64,000 bases of DNA. It comes from Antedon mediterranea (lineage: Eukaryota > Animalia > Echinodermata). The notes below the pieces were generated by a model that was not told the DNA's origin, searched no databases, and saw only the letters and a list, made by a program, of their open reading frames with translations. A program made the translations under genes and the position numbers. Of the stretch, positions 27,297-40,201 are shown in pieces. The DNA lies in contig NC_092676.1 of the NCBI RefSeq assembly GCF_964355755.1, forward strand, positions 20,850,871-20,914,870. The letters are read 5' to 3'. Position 1 is the stretch's first letter. Each line of letters starts with the position of its first letter.

Positions 27297-29067
27297 TGAA
27301 AACAAGGTGATAGCGAAGTAAAAGTGATAACAATCAGTTTTATAATAATAATTTACGGCAGTGCACAAGTAAACGAAATCGCGGAGGAAATAAATCCAAT
27401 GTGTATAGACCACCAAACTGCGACAGTCTAATGTGTGCACTAAACCGTGACAATGCCTTTCAGTCAGAAACTACATTACCAGTTGCATTATGGTGGAGCA
27501 ATTGTACCGCATACTGTATGTTATGTATGCCCATGTAGATGATAACATTTTATTTGTTCAAACAGCATAGTAGAATACAGTTAGTAACAGGAAACAACAT
27601 AGAATAATATGAACATACAGAGAGACAAAATACCGTGCTAATGTTCAAAACAATACGTTTGGAGAGCAAAAATTAGTTCCCACTAGGACGGCGTAGTTGA
27701 AATGCAAGCTAATTGACCAATGACAAGCAGCAGTTAGAATGATCCATCGCTTGTGATTGGTCGAATCATTTACTTAAGCTTGGTTCGCCGACGAAACGCA
27801 ATGACGCAACCGCACCACAAGACATTTGGCCAACAATCGCGACGTGATGGACCATCCAAACTGTTGTGATTGGTCAACTCACCCACGTCGTTGTGAACTT
27901 TGAAATAATTATACTTCTGCAGAATCAGCAACGTTGTAGAAATTATTATACACAATTGCAATTCATAACCAATAAAATTTTCATAATTTTAACCTCAGTA
28001 AGCATAATAAAGTGACAAATAAATGACACAATTATGGTTCACTTTCTCGCCTCTTTTTGGCAGAAAAAAATAATAGGTTATACCTTAACCGACTATTATA
28101 ATACGGTATATTCTACAGAGGTTTATATAACGCTGTGCAATGCCAATAGGTGGTTAAATCTTTATATAGAATTATTAAAAAAAAAAAAATGAAAATAAAT
28201 GAAATAAATATTAAAAACAAAACGAAACGTAACATATAAGTAAGCAACAAATATAACCATGAGACATAAAACTAAAACACAAGAGTAAGGAAAGATTTTT
28301 TTTTAAGCTTACTATAATTATTTGAATTTTATATTTTTATTTATGTTCTTATTGTAAAAAAAAAAAAAAAAAAAAAAGAATTAAGAATAATAATTGTATT
28401 GCATTTTATATATTGTAAATATTTATTTATTTATATACCTTTGTCGTGGGTATGTATGTATGCATGTGTGCAATCATGTACTCGAATATATGCACTTGTG
28501 TGTTTTGTACAGAGACATAGACCTATTGTAGAAAGGAATAGTTAAAATAAAAGAAAATAATGAAAAAAGTGGATAATACATATAAAAGTATAAAGTATAT
28601 ATATATATATATTTGACCGAATTGTTTCGATCAAATCGTACTAAAGATAAAAGAAAGTACAAGAAAATAACAGAACAGAATAACAAGGAAATATATATTT
28701 GGATGAAGTGTAAAATCATTGTATTGATCATTTGAGAACGAAATGAATAAAATAGTGGTTAACGCCACAAAAGAGAAAAAAAAAATAAATGACACAATTC
28801 ATTCAATCTTAGCTCATTTAAATCCAAAACAAATTGCTCAATTATTAAAATTAATGATGGTAACTTTAAACTTCCATACGTACCAGAACCAAATACATGC
28901 TAAGGCCATTAAACCGTAAACTTAGATCGACTTGTCCTTACTACGTTCCCTAAATTGTGCTATAGAGTGCCGTTGCACGCGACTAAAAACACAACCACTA
29001 ACATTAGGGTTTTCAGGTTCTTGCTTTCCTGATAAACGATAAGTAGTTTCTGCTATATTAGGAGCTG

Positions 29068-30187
29068 TGTTACAACCGCTAATGTAGAAAACGCCAGCTA
29101 ATGTCGAAACAACCGTTAATGTAATCCACCGCTAATGCAGTAAAACCTCCAGCTAATGTAGAAACATCAACAGCTTTGTAGTAAATAAAAATCAACACCA
29201 GGTAATGTAGAAAAGGTCAACACCTTATGTAGTAACGAAAATTGCCTCCCAGCTTATGTAGTTACTATCGCCAGGTAATGTAGAAAATGTTATATACAGT
29301 ATTTTACAAAAATGTCTAAATCATGTGCAAATTCATCGATCTTTACTTAACTATCAGTCTTTCCACCTCGCTTTCTAAAATGACCACACATCGTAAGCAA
29401 CCATCTCTGTTTAAGGGACCGCTTCTCATAATCGACCATCTCCCATCACAACGACCTCTCGAAAGTGACCGCCTCTATTGAACGACCACCGTTTAAAAGA
29501 GGTCGTCACTTACGAGAGGTATGGCCGTTAATAGAGGCGGTACTTTAATAGAGTCGTCACTGACGAGACTGGTGTAGTCGTTAAGAGAGAAGGTCGCTTA
29601 CGAGAGGTGGTCAATTATGATAAGCCGTCCCTTAAAAGAGACGGTGGTCGTTCAGTAGAGGTGGTCACTTACGAGAGGTCGTTGTGACGGGAGATAGGTA
29701 ATTATGAGAAGTGGTCCTTTAATAGAGATAAAGAGGTCGTGGTCCCTTGAAAGAGGTGGTCACTTACAAGAGGTGTGGTCGTTAAGAGAGGTGGTCGCTT
29801 AGGAGAAGTGGTCGATTATGAGAAGCGGTCCCTTATGAGAGGAGGTGATCCCTTACGAGAGGTGGTCGATTATGTGAAGCGGTCCCTTAACAGAGATGGT
29901 TGCTCACGATGTGTGGTCGTTTTTCTTACGAGAGGTGGAAAGACTGATAGATCGATGCATTTGCACATGATTTAGACATTTTTGTAAAATATAACATTTT
30001 CTACATTAGCTGGCGATAGTAACTACATAAGCTGGGAGGCAATTTTCGTTACTACATAAGCTGTTGACCGTTTCTACATTAGCTGGTGTTAATTTATATT
30101 TACTACATAAGCTGATGATGTTTCTACATTAGCTGGAGGTTTTACTACATTAGCGGTGGATTGTTCTACATTAACGGCGTATTAACA
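29068..30187. mobile_element. ~1.1 kb foldback element with a nested TA-flanked MITE (29354-29947)
   Basis: TGTTA..TAACA ends. Arms built of GCTAATGTAG subrepeats are inverted (29070-29345 vs 29950-30180). The inner element TCAGTCTTTCCACC..GGTGGAAAGACTGA carries GAGGTGGTCG subrepeats. Confidence 0.85.
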
Positions 30188-30639
30188 TGGCGTATTCATT
30201 GTTATTGTATTTTTATTTCAACCATCTTTAAAGAGGGTAGCCGTTCCAGTTTAGCCCTGTGCTTAACTGAATAATAATTCTGCATTGAGAGATCTACCAG
30301 ACAGGATTGTCATTTGTTGAGTACTTTGCCTTTTGATTTATAATATTACTGTAGCTCAACGCGTTATGTATTTATTTATATTAATTTGGCAGATCTTTTA
30401 AAAAATGGCCCCTGAATGGCTAAATAGGTTAGGCCATTTTACTGTCAAATAATTCTGTATTTTATTAATTGTTTGGTTTAAAAAAATAAAGTCCGTTTTC
30501 TGAAGGAGAGATTTTGGTTAAATTTAACAGTTATTTTTTTTTTTTTTTCAATATTCAATATTTTGTTCAAAATTAGCCATTCAAAGTTTGATTTTATTTA
30601 TGGACACCAATTTACACTGGATGCGTGTTACCTCATCAT

Positions 30640-31310
30640 TGTTGTTTTGTAAACATATACTTCTTAGAAAATAGTTAAATTTGCTGATGATACATGTAAA
30701 ACAATGATGAGGACTGAAGTTTAAAATTTAGTTAGTTGGTGTGATAGGAATTCGTCTTTGTATCAAAGAAAATTGTCTTTGACTTCTGGAAATCTAATAT
30801 GCAACTGTTACCTTAGTCTGGGTTCCAGACGGAGTTTTGTCTTAATATTAGTAAAAAGATAAATATTTTGGCACATATGGCGTTTCATACGTATACTACT
30901 TGGTTTTGGATATTTTCAGACAAAAATCGCGGTCGAAATAAAAACAAATAAATAAAAAAAAAGATAATACAGACTTGGGGCAAGTCTACTGTTACCTTTA
31001 AGTATCAAAGATAGTGATGTCAGTACCACTAACGAATTTTTAAAAATACTTAGAAGTATTGGTAGATGAAAAATTGTAATCCAATACATGTAACACCGCC
31101 AAAGAGTATGCGAAAGTAACCCAAAGATTGTACTTTTTGAGAAAATTAAGAAACTTTAAGATTGGTAAAGATGTCTCTTTTTCACCATGCAATGACACAG
31201 TCCATATTAACTTTTTGCTGTATTGTGTGGTTGAATAGCTTATCTAAAAACAATTTAAATAAATTACAGAAAATAATAAAAAATTGCTAAGAAGGTAATA
31301 GGTGCATCTA
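30640..31310 (+). mobile_element. Degenerate LINE RT remnant (Rex1/L2-like)
   Basis: VKFADDT, LVSWCDRN, KEIVFDF and QRLYFLRKLRNF fragments. Confidence 0.65.
30814..30988 (+). mobile_element. 175-bp non-autonomous DNA transposon with TAG..CTA ends and 9-bp TSD (Academ-like)
   Basis: TSD CTGTTACCT at 30805-30813 and 30989-30997. Terminal hairpins AGTCTGGGTTCCAGAC and AGACTTGGGGCAAGTCT. Long relative at 45144-47673. Confidence 0.8.
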
Positions 31311-34300
31311 TCTATCCATTCAGGTTATCTGCGATAAGGCTATAGAGAAAAAAACCCAAACATTTATAATTAATGGAAAATTCACCCTCTTTTTATACTT
31401 GAGTAAATCCGGTAGGTCGATCCCTTCAATTAAGTGACAGATACACAGGGTATACACCCTGTATGCACTGGGCATAGTAATAGTGGGAAGATCCGATTTT
31501 GAAGAACCAAAACGGGCCTGGAAGAAGAACAGGGGAGCGCTAACATATACAGTCGACAAAATTGAGCATCATAATAATGCAATATTTTTACACATGTTAT
31601 GTATTTGCGGGTTGTTGAGGTTTTGTATATTTTTATTGATATCTTCATCTATGAACTCTTCTATCTGCACTTATCTGAAACTAGACGGAGTGCTCGACTT
31701 TTAGGCCTATGTAATGATTGAAACAGTTTGTATTCAGCTGGCATGTGATGGGTAGTGGTATAATTCAGTGTTCGGTTGTCATAGCAATGATGCTTCAACG
31801 GTTGACCATTCGGTAGTTCATAAAATGGGTAAAAACCATATAAGGAAACACGTCTGCACATTGTAGCCGCTGCAGTGTACATGATTAGCCCCAGCGAAGG
31901 ATTATTATTTCTCCACAATATACAAGATAAAACATATGTCATTGCTCCTTAATAATAATAATAATAATCAGGAGATATAATGAATTCAAAAGTAGGAAGC
32001 AGGATGTGCAGATAGTGAGCACGTAATGAGCAAACAAGGCCAGAGAAAGGAATAAATGGAGAGATAGACTGACATTATATAGATAGTTTAAACAACATGG
32101 TCATATGTGGCACTCTTTTTTCACACAAAACTACTAACCAAAATATTCATGTAGGCCCTACTTAAACCGGAAATTGTAGACCAACGAAATTAAATAAGTA
32201 GCATACGTATGCAGTGACCACTATGTAGTTGAAAGCAGTCGTAGTCGAAACTAAGGGTAACATTGATGAATACAAATAGCCAAAAACATGATACTTAAAA
32301 GCTGGAAACCAAAAAGAGCAATATTCACCAATGAGCTAAACAAGAAGTTTGCAGTAATTGAAGGGATCCAATATTTTAGAAATGCATCGAAGGAAGAAGT
32401 GAAGAAGAAATAAAGTTGCAGAAAGAAATAGACAAGAAATGAGAAAATGTGTATAACAAAACAGCAAAGTGTAGGCCTACAGAAAGAGCGAAAAGGATAG
32501 TGGTTGAAAGATAAAGTATGCATCAGAAAAGACAATTACAGTATAAGGAAAACGGGTAAATGATCGAAATGACATACAAAGCAGAGAATGAATAAAAACG
32601 CTATATCCTCACGAAAATGATATCGGAACGACAGACACAGAAGAAGACCACATCAACATAATCAATAAAGACGAAAAAAAGCATGTCACTTACCTTTTAA
32701 TTAGTGGAAGTATATTTCGGTACGAATATACAATTCTAACTGTTAAATTATTCTGTTTGATACCTTCTACAAGATTATGTGCGTAGCTTATATTCTTTTC
32801 TGCGTTCAATTTAGAAATCCATATATAAGTATCATGCAGCTCTTTAAATGTTTCGTATGAAGTTCTGTAGCAACTATTTGAAGTGTTTGTTAGACATATA
32901 CCGCTTATAACACTGGATTGATTGTTGAGCACCATCATATCTATTTTACTACAAACATCTTGTTCAAAACCAATAGTTTGTGCAAGATTTCCTCTAAAAA
33001 CAAAGTCGTGTGCATCTATTTCACGTCCACAACTGCTGTTTAGTAGAATACCAGCACTGCCTACAACTGCACCGGTTCCTTGCAGAGGAATACTGTCGAT
33101 GCCATCTGGTAAATGTGTCATATTCTCATTTTGCTTGAAGCCATCTTTGTAAATTAGTGTTAATAGAGAAGGTTTGATTCCGGCTTTCTGAAGTCGTTTT
33201 CTTTAAAATAGAATAACATAATTTTGGAACACCAAATAATAATATTGGTTTTTACTTATTATAATAATGTTTTTGTTGAATATGCCATCTTAATGTCCCA
33301 TAATTTATTCACTATGACCAAGAATTGAATCAAAAACAATTTATTTTCCTAAAAAAACTGTAATCTGACTTTGTGTCAATAGGATTTTAGTTAAATTTAA
33401 CCGTTTATTTTGTCTTTTTCTATAAGTAATTAACTTTTACTATTAAAACTGTAAAATGGCCTATTTGTTTTTGTGGGAGGGGAGGGGGTTAGAGTTCAAT
33501 ATATTCTTAATATAGGCCCACTTATTTATTGCAAAAAAAAAATCATAAAACATGTAGGCCTATAGTAATAGTAATATTTCAATGTTGTGTTTCATATTTG
33601 GACCTACCTCATTTTAGTTACAGCAGTGCCGTTAATGTAGCCGGTCAATAAGTGCCTTATAGTCGAATTTCTATTCGAAATGATCTTTGTTCCATTGTTT
33701 CTATAATAGACAACGCAAGTATAATAAGCATATAATAAATCGATCTATATAAAAGGCAACACATAAAAAGTGTTCTCTATTCAAGCCACGGTACAACATC
33801 CGATTGGTGTTAATTTTGCACTCAACATCACTCTTACAACGGAGATGGTCATGGGCTATATAACAGGTTCGTAAACCAAATATTTACTGAATTATGACTT
33901 ATTATTATTATCGCTGGATCAAAAGGCTGTCAAATGTAGAATTTATGTAGGCTTTATAACTATATTGTTATATATCTTTCTAAAATGTTTCGTGTATAAG
34001 GCCCTGTTTATTCGTGTTTTTTTTTTCATTCTTACCGCGTACAAAATCCTACATCGGCTATGCTGCGAATGGAATGCGAATTATTCGTTTTAAGGTGACT
34101 ATAAACGTATACGTTACGTTTTATTCTAGGTATAATCTAACCTTGAGCGTCCCTACAAAATCCCATGTTATACCTAAGGTTTGAACGTAGTATTCTTCAT
34201 TATTCTACTAATCCGCCGAATAATTACCAGCTAATCGTTGATACAGAATCGTAATTAGGCCTATAATAAAAAAAAAAAATAATCAACTGTACCTTTTGGC

Positions 34301-35844
34301 GCCTATTTACTCTGGATTTCCTAATTTGTAATCAAAAAGTATGTAAATGCATTTTAATTTTACTTTGCTGCGCTTTCATCAGTTTACAGGAGGGATAAGG
34401 TACTTAAAAGTCCCATTGTATCATCGTATTCGGGATTGTCAACGTTGGACCACCACCACCGCACCGGAGTCTGCTAATTTCCAGTTTATTGATTAGTATA
34501 GTAACGAAATTGTTATAAAACGGTACACGCCTCAAGATTTTTTCCCCATTAGTTTTCGATTTTTGTCTATCCAATCCAAGTGTTTGTTGAAAGAAAGTCC
34601 TACAGTTAAATAAGTGTTAATGTATATAAGCCCATGGAGTAATTTATAATTCTTCCATAAGCTTACTAATTACATGTACATGAATAAAGTAAAGATAAAA
34701 CCGTCACATTTTATATCCTATTTGTTTTGTGTATTTGCATTGTATTTCAGTAATAAACGGCTACTACTGTATAGGAAACATTTGTTTTGTGTATCGTATG
34801 GTAATCATCAAATCAATAATTTAAATAATAATATTGAATTATTTGCATATCTACGGATGTACCATCATTTTAAAAATTCTTTTCAACATGTTCTATAGCA
34901 ATACTTTCGAATTCGTAAATAACAGTGTACTTGCTTTTTTAAACTTGAGTCTGCGGACGGTACCTAAAACTTGCAAGTGTATTTACAATATAGTGTAAAA
35001 TGTTCTGTATTTATTTTTTTGCAATGAATTTTACTAACCGCATACATTGCGTACTTATAAACATTTAGCCTACCAGACGTATGGCATGTAACATTTTCTT
35101 TCAATATTTCGTGTACCAATGGATTTAGAACATAGAAAATAATACTTCAATTGAAACTCTTGCATATAATTTTACATGTTCTACAAGTTTTCTTGGCGTG
35201 GTTGAAATCGGTTGATCAGTGGAGCTCTAGGCCTACTAATGCTTTTAAATTACAGTTTTTTTCAGGTAAATAAATTTTGTTTCGATCCATTTTTTTAATG
35301 ACATATATTCGACAAACATTTTTTTAAGAATTATTTGTTTATGTGGACAATACATCTTTAATGCATACCAACATAGACATATACCAAGTATTTATACAAG
35401 AATCATTTCAATTGTCACAATAGTAGAACGCACAGTTCAGATAATATTGTTACTGCACTTCCATTATCATCAAATCATACCATTATAAATACAACAGATA
35501 GCTATGTATACCTCTTAATATTTACGACAGAGATAATGAATGCGCAGTGCCATACCCGTATCTTAAAAACGTATTGATTCTAGGCTTCGGTAAAGGCATA
35601 TTCAAGCTTTCGTATTTCCTGTAAGTTAAACAAAATATTCGATTAAACTATAAATATAACTAATCAATAAAAAAAAACACAAGTCACAAGAGTTAAACGG
35701 TATACTTTGTAAGAGGAACTATATCGAAAAAAATAACAGTTTTAGTATCTTAACAACAACATCTGTTTACAAATTATTATGAATCTGCGTTTTTTTTATT
35801 CATTTTCACTCGAGCTCCAGCGTTCTTTTCCGCCTTGGAAGCCT

Positions 35845-36088
35845 TAAGCCGATTTTCTACTACGCATGCGTATAAGCTGACGCTTTCGATTCGCGTCAAC
35901 AAATTCGTCTAGTAAAAGCAGCTTTAAGCTGGTTTTCCACTAGGCGAATTTATTCACACGAATCGATAGCGTCAGCTTATACGCATGCGTATTCATGTTT
36001 GCATCCTCCAAATACCTTTCTACGCATGCGTATAAACTGACGCTTTCGATTCGCGCAAACAAATTCGCCTAGTGGAAAATCGGCTTTA
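35845..36088. mobile_element. Composite palindromic MITE (Harbinger-like)
   Basis: AAGCCGATTTTC.ACTA ... TAGTGGAAAATCGGCTT with internal TACGCATGCGTATAAGCTGACGCT repeats in both orientations. Confidence 0.7.
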
Positions 36089-36409
36089 GTGCTGAAGAAC
36101 GGAGCAGTGAAAATACGTCATGCGTCATCTTCATATTTGCTTTTGGTTGTTTTATGATATTTCATTTCACTTTTTGTCTGTGTAAAGCGGTTAGAAACAT
36201 TAGTATAATAGACAACCATTATTATTATTAGTATTAATATATGTTTTGATCGATTATTCATTATACGTATTATACGTAAAATGACGATAAAGAAGCCCAG
36301 GCGATCAATATGTTAGGCAGAAAAAATAAAGGTCAACAGTGTCTGCTAAACCCAAAGTATATGCTCATAACACATACTAAGAGACAATAACACCGGTGGT
36401 GTAAAAGAT

Positions 36410-36565
36410 ACCAGTAGATCCAATGTTTTGTCTCGCTGCGCACCTCGAAATGAATTAATTCGTACAATTCAACTGTTCAAGGCTAAACAACCAGTAGATC
36501 CAATGTTTTGTCTCTCTGCGCACCTCGAAAATAATTAATTCGTACAATATTCAACTGTTCTAGGC
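36410..36565. repeat. Direct repeat ~81 bp x2
   Basis: CCAGTAGATCCAATGTTTTGTCTC.CTGCGCACCTCGAAA at 36411 and 36491. Confidence 0.8.
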
Positions 36566-36816
36566 TGAGTTAAATTTGAAATAGGCATTTGGTGAGCCTA
36601 TATATGTAATAAGAGTTTGGTTCTGAATTTGTTTCCAAAATTGGTCGACTATTATTTTGTTTATTACCATGAAGTAGTATATATATAGATATAAATCTAA
36701 AGGCAAATTACTGAAAAATGACAATGCTGTGGGTATCAGTGGCTGGATCTCAATTGAGATACAAAGAAAAGAAGCGAAAAGCTAAGTCAAAACGATAAGT
36801 AAAACAGCCAGAAAAG

Positions 36817-36858
36817 TTAGCAGAGCTTTCGGACAACACTAGCCCTTCATCAGTGCAA
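36817..36858 (-). ncRNA. Minimal type-I hammerhead ribozyme motif (intact core)
   Basis: Minus strand reads UUGCA-CUGAUGA-A-GGGC-uaguguu-GUCC-GAAA-GC-UC|UGC-U-AA: stem I GCA/UGC, stem II GGGC/GUCC, palindromic AGCU as stem III. Confidence 0.7.
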
Positions 36859-37021
36859 GTGAAGGAATTCTATATATATATATAGATATATATATAAATC
36901 CAAAGGCAAATTACTGAAAAAAATGACAATGCTGTGGGTATCAGTGGCTGGATCTCAATGGAGATACAAAAATAAAAAGCGAAAAGCTAAATCAAAACGA
37001 TAAAGTAAACAGCCAGAAAAG

Positions 37022-37063
37022 TTAGCAGAGCTTCCGGGCAACACTAGCCCTTCATCAGTGCAA
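37022..37063 (-). ncRNA. Second hammerhead motif with GAAA->GGAA core change
   Basis: UUGCA-CUGAUGA-A-GGGC-uaguguu-GCCC-GGAA-GCUC-UGC. Confidence 0.5.
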
Positions 37064-39894
37064 GTGAAGGAATTTGGATAACGTCATAGATATATATATA
37101 TATAAACAAATCAGGCAAAGAACATTAATTCTAAACCGCCCGATGATATACTGAAATTTAATTAATTAATTTGAAACGATAAAGATGAGGAAATCTGTGA
37201 GAATGAGAAAGTGCGTCGTGTGGGACGGATCGTAAGAAGGTAGGTCGTGTATGCTGATTAAAACTAACATTTAACCATAACAAAAAGTATCCAAAATAAC
37301 ATAAAAACTTACAGGTTTGTAGTATTCATTGATAAATTTTCTATAGTTATAATAGTAATTGCTCCAACTACGAACCAAGTAATTCGTAGATTTAGTAATG
37401 GTTGCGATACTATTTCCATTGTGGGATGGATGAGGCCGCTAGCTGAAAACACTGTAATGCGTAGAAAATGTAGAACATTGAACTACTTTAAACACCTGTA
37501 GCATACCGTTCATGGCGCATTGATACGGCATAATAACAAGGTCTGTAGCTACATCGAAGCTGAGTGACAAAACACGGCGTACTGGTAGCTTATTGGTAGT
37601 GGACATTTGACGCATAAAGGACAATTTGCACAGACAAGCGGTAACGATAGGCGAAAAAACTGCGTGCTTGTCCTACGTAGAATTTATATCTATCCCGAGC
37701 GGGTTATCCGCCCGTCCGCTCCGCGTTTTGTGTAAATTGTCATGAGAAATAACATAGGTTGTATAATTGTTGTCTAAAATGTAACAGTTGTCAATTAAGT
37801 ATTGCCTATTAAATTGTCTATTCTAATGTTTTACGATTGGAAAGGTCTTTAAGATCAACTAAACTCTCCCCTTAGCTTTGGGAAGAAATTGGTTTTCAGA
37901 AACTGGTCAATCTCTTTCTGGGGCAAATTTGTATAAAGTTCAGCGCAAGACTGTTGTAGGTAAGCCACCGATGAAAATGCCATGGTGTTCAATGCACGTA
38001 CGGCGTTCATTATATTAGTCCAAGTATATCGTTTACGTTTTAAAAGTACTAACCTATGGTTTCTGTAACGCAGCGTAAGTAGTTTTACCAATCACAGGCG
38101 ATGAATTGTGGCTTGTCATTGGTCCAACACGCTTACGTTACGTTAACATCATTACATTACACGTTGATTTGAAATTTTTTGATTAAAAGCAGCACAATAA
38201 TAATAAATGTGTGGAGGCCCTTGGGGGTTTATTTTACCCTATATTGTTATATACTGTTAGTGTATAATTGCTGTTATTATGTACGAAAATCACGGATGAC
38301 TTTTTAATATCCAATATAATGGAAATTACTCATTTCTTGGCTTGCCTTATAGTAGAGGGAAAAAAGGACTATATAACAATCGTATCCCAGCTGGCTAGAA
38401 CAAGTACTTGTAACGTTCCGTCTGAGCGTCCGCCGTCCTCATCCTACCACTTCTAACGATAACGGAGCCTATAATGTCGCCATGAAGAGGATGATTGGCG
38501 GGTGTACTTTTTTTATGTTTCGTGGTTAAACAACACGTCTATTCATTCAGTTTTTTCAATTCAATTTTTTTATCTTCTATCTTTTTTCCTTCGTAATATT
38601 CTGTTGTTGTACTGTATCTCTTTATTATTATTTTAACACATATTTCATACTACTTGGTTGGCAGGTGTATTTCAATATAGCATGGAACACATCGGCAAGC
38701 CGTTCGCTGTAGAAAGAGTCAAGCCTTACAAAATTCTCATGTCTTTATTTCTCTTTAGGTTCGTATACTTGGTTACATTTTTCGTACCAGCTGTTTATTC
38801 GTTCGTAGACATATTACTACTGTTATTATTATACTGAAATTAATGACGAATTAATGTTCGGTCGATACTATAAAGCCTAATGATACATACCTATAACCAT
38901 CCACTAAAATTCCTTTCACGTCACTTTAAAGGTCGTCTGTAAAGAACTTTGGGTTTTTTATTAAGCGATGTCGTGGTGGATCGTGAGAAAATCGTTCTTT
39001 TTTTACCTCTTTTCACAAAGGTGCATTCAGTTTTCAACGTTGTTTACAGTAAAATTTAATGTTAGACAGTTATCAATAAGTAGAAAGGTGATTAGTATAG
39101 GCCTACAGTCAAATTATAATGTCTTTATACGGGTCCGTCAAGAGAACAAATAGGCCTAATAATTTAGCCATAACGCTTATATAAATAATTTAATTAAGAT
39201 TTAACATTTTTACACTTACAAGTTTGTTAAATTTTAACCATGGGGTTTATCTAATTACAAATAGCGCCCGGACCGGAGGCAAAGTGAGTGTATTCTATAT
39301 TGTAAAAATAATTAATCATTGATGGAAAGGTTACATTTTTATGGAAATGATATAACATCCTTTACCTTATATTTTAGAAATTTTGAACCAGTACTTTTCA
39401 ACATTATTTTAAATTATTTTCTTAATATACTGCCTACTGCCAAAATAATAATTTAAAAAAAAAATCGAATTTAAAAAAGAGCCGAATCGATATTTTATTG
39501 AAATGTAATAACCTTGCCTCTCAAAGTATTCCTTGTTAATATTGAAACGTATAATGAAATTATAATGATGAATTAAAATATTATTCAGTGTCACGCGTCT
39601 TCATAATATTATTATCATATATCTTTACATCAATAGTTGGTATGCATATAGGCTCATTTCTTGCCAATTTCATTAGTTTATCTCGTCGTATGATAATTTT
39701 TAATTTATTGAATTCCTTGTAGTACATTCAAACATCAATATTCATAAACATTTTATTTCACTTTCACTAAAAAAAAATAAAAAATAAAAGCTTTTAATAA
39801 ATAGGCTCCTAACAATCTTCAACTATATCATTATTTGATTATCTGGTTTAGGCGTGCAAACACTACAATTTTTTTTATGTAATACTTTATAATA

Positions 39895-40145
39895 AAGCCA
39901 AAGAAAAAAAAACATTTACTCAATAGTTATTAATAGTAATAATTAATAATAGTAATTAATTAATTAATAAACAGTAAAGATAAAATATTCTATGAGCGTC
40001 GAATCATGACTAGAACTCATGCCTTTTTAAAACTATAATAAAACTAAGCGAAGATAAAAAAAAAACATTCGCTCAATAGTGTTGAATTAATAAACAGTAA
40101 AGATAAAATATTCTATGAGCGTCGAAGCATGACTAAAACTCTTTT
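39895..40145. repeat. Tandem duplication in the 3' region of copy 4
   Basis: TAAACAGTAAAGATAAAATATTCTATGAGCGTCGAA.CATGACTA at ~39967 and ~40091. Confidence 0.7.
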
Positions 40146-40201
40146 CAAAACTCGTTATACATAGAATGTCATATAGTATATAGGGCCTAACTATTGAGAC
40201 C

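Larger units (their letters stand above)
36680..37075 (-). mobile_element. Tandem ~205-bp Penelope-like/retrozyme-like repeats separated by (TA)n
   Basis: Two near-identical units, each carrying a hammerhead-type motif on the minus strand. Confidence 0.7.
31661..37419 (-). pseudogene. Alpha-2,8-sialyltransferase-like copy 3, probably disabled (ST8Sia family)
   Basis: Exons 37419-37313, 35618-35556, 33700-33608, 33200-32694 and 31919-31661 are in frame. However, the last acceptor is AT instead of AG (31920), the first sialylmotif-L Cys is Gly, motif III reads HHCYD, and there is a 6-nt insertion after VS. Confidence 0.75.

Noticed and set aside
34293-34600. Possible extra exon in copy-3 intron 2
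   Set aside because: The short version is 28 nt (frame-breaking) and longer versions contain stops; no homolog in the other copies.
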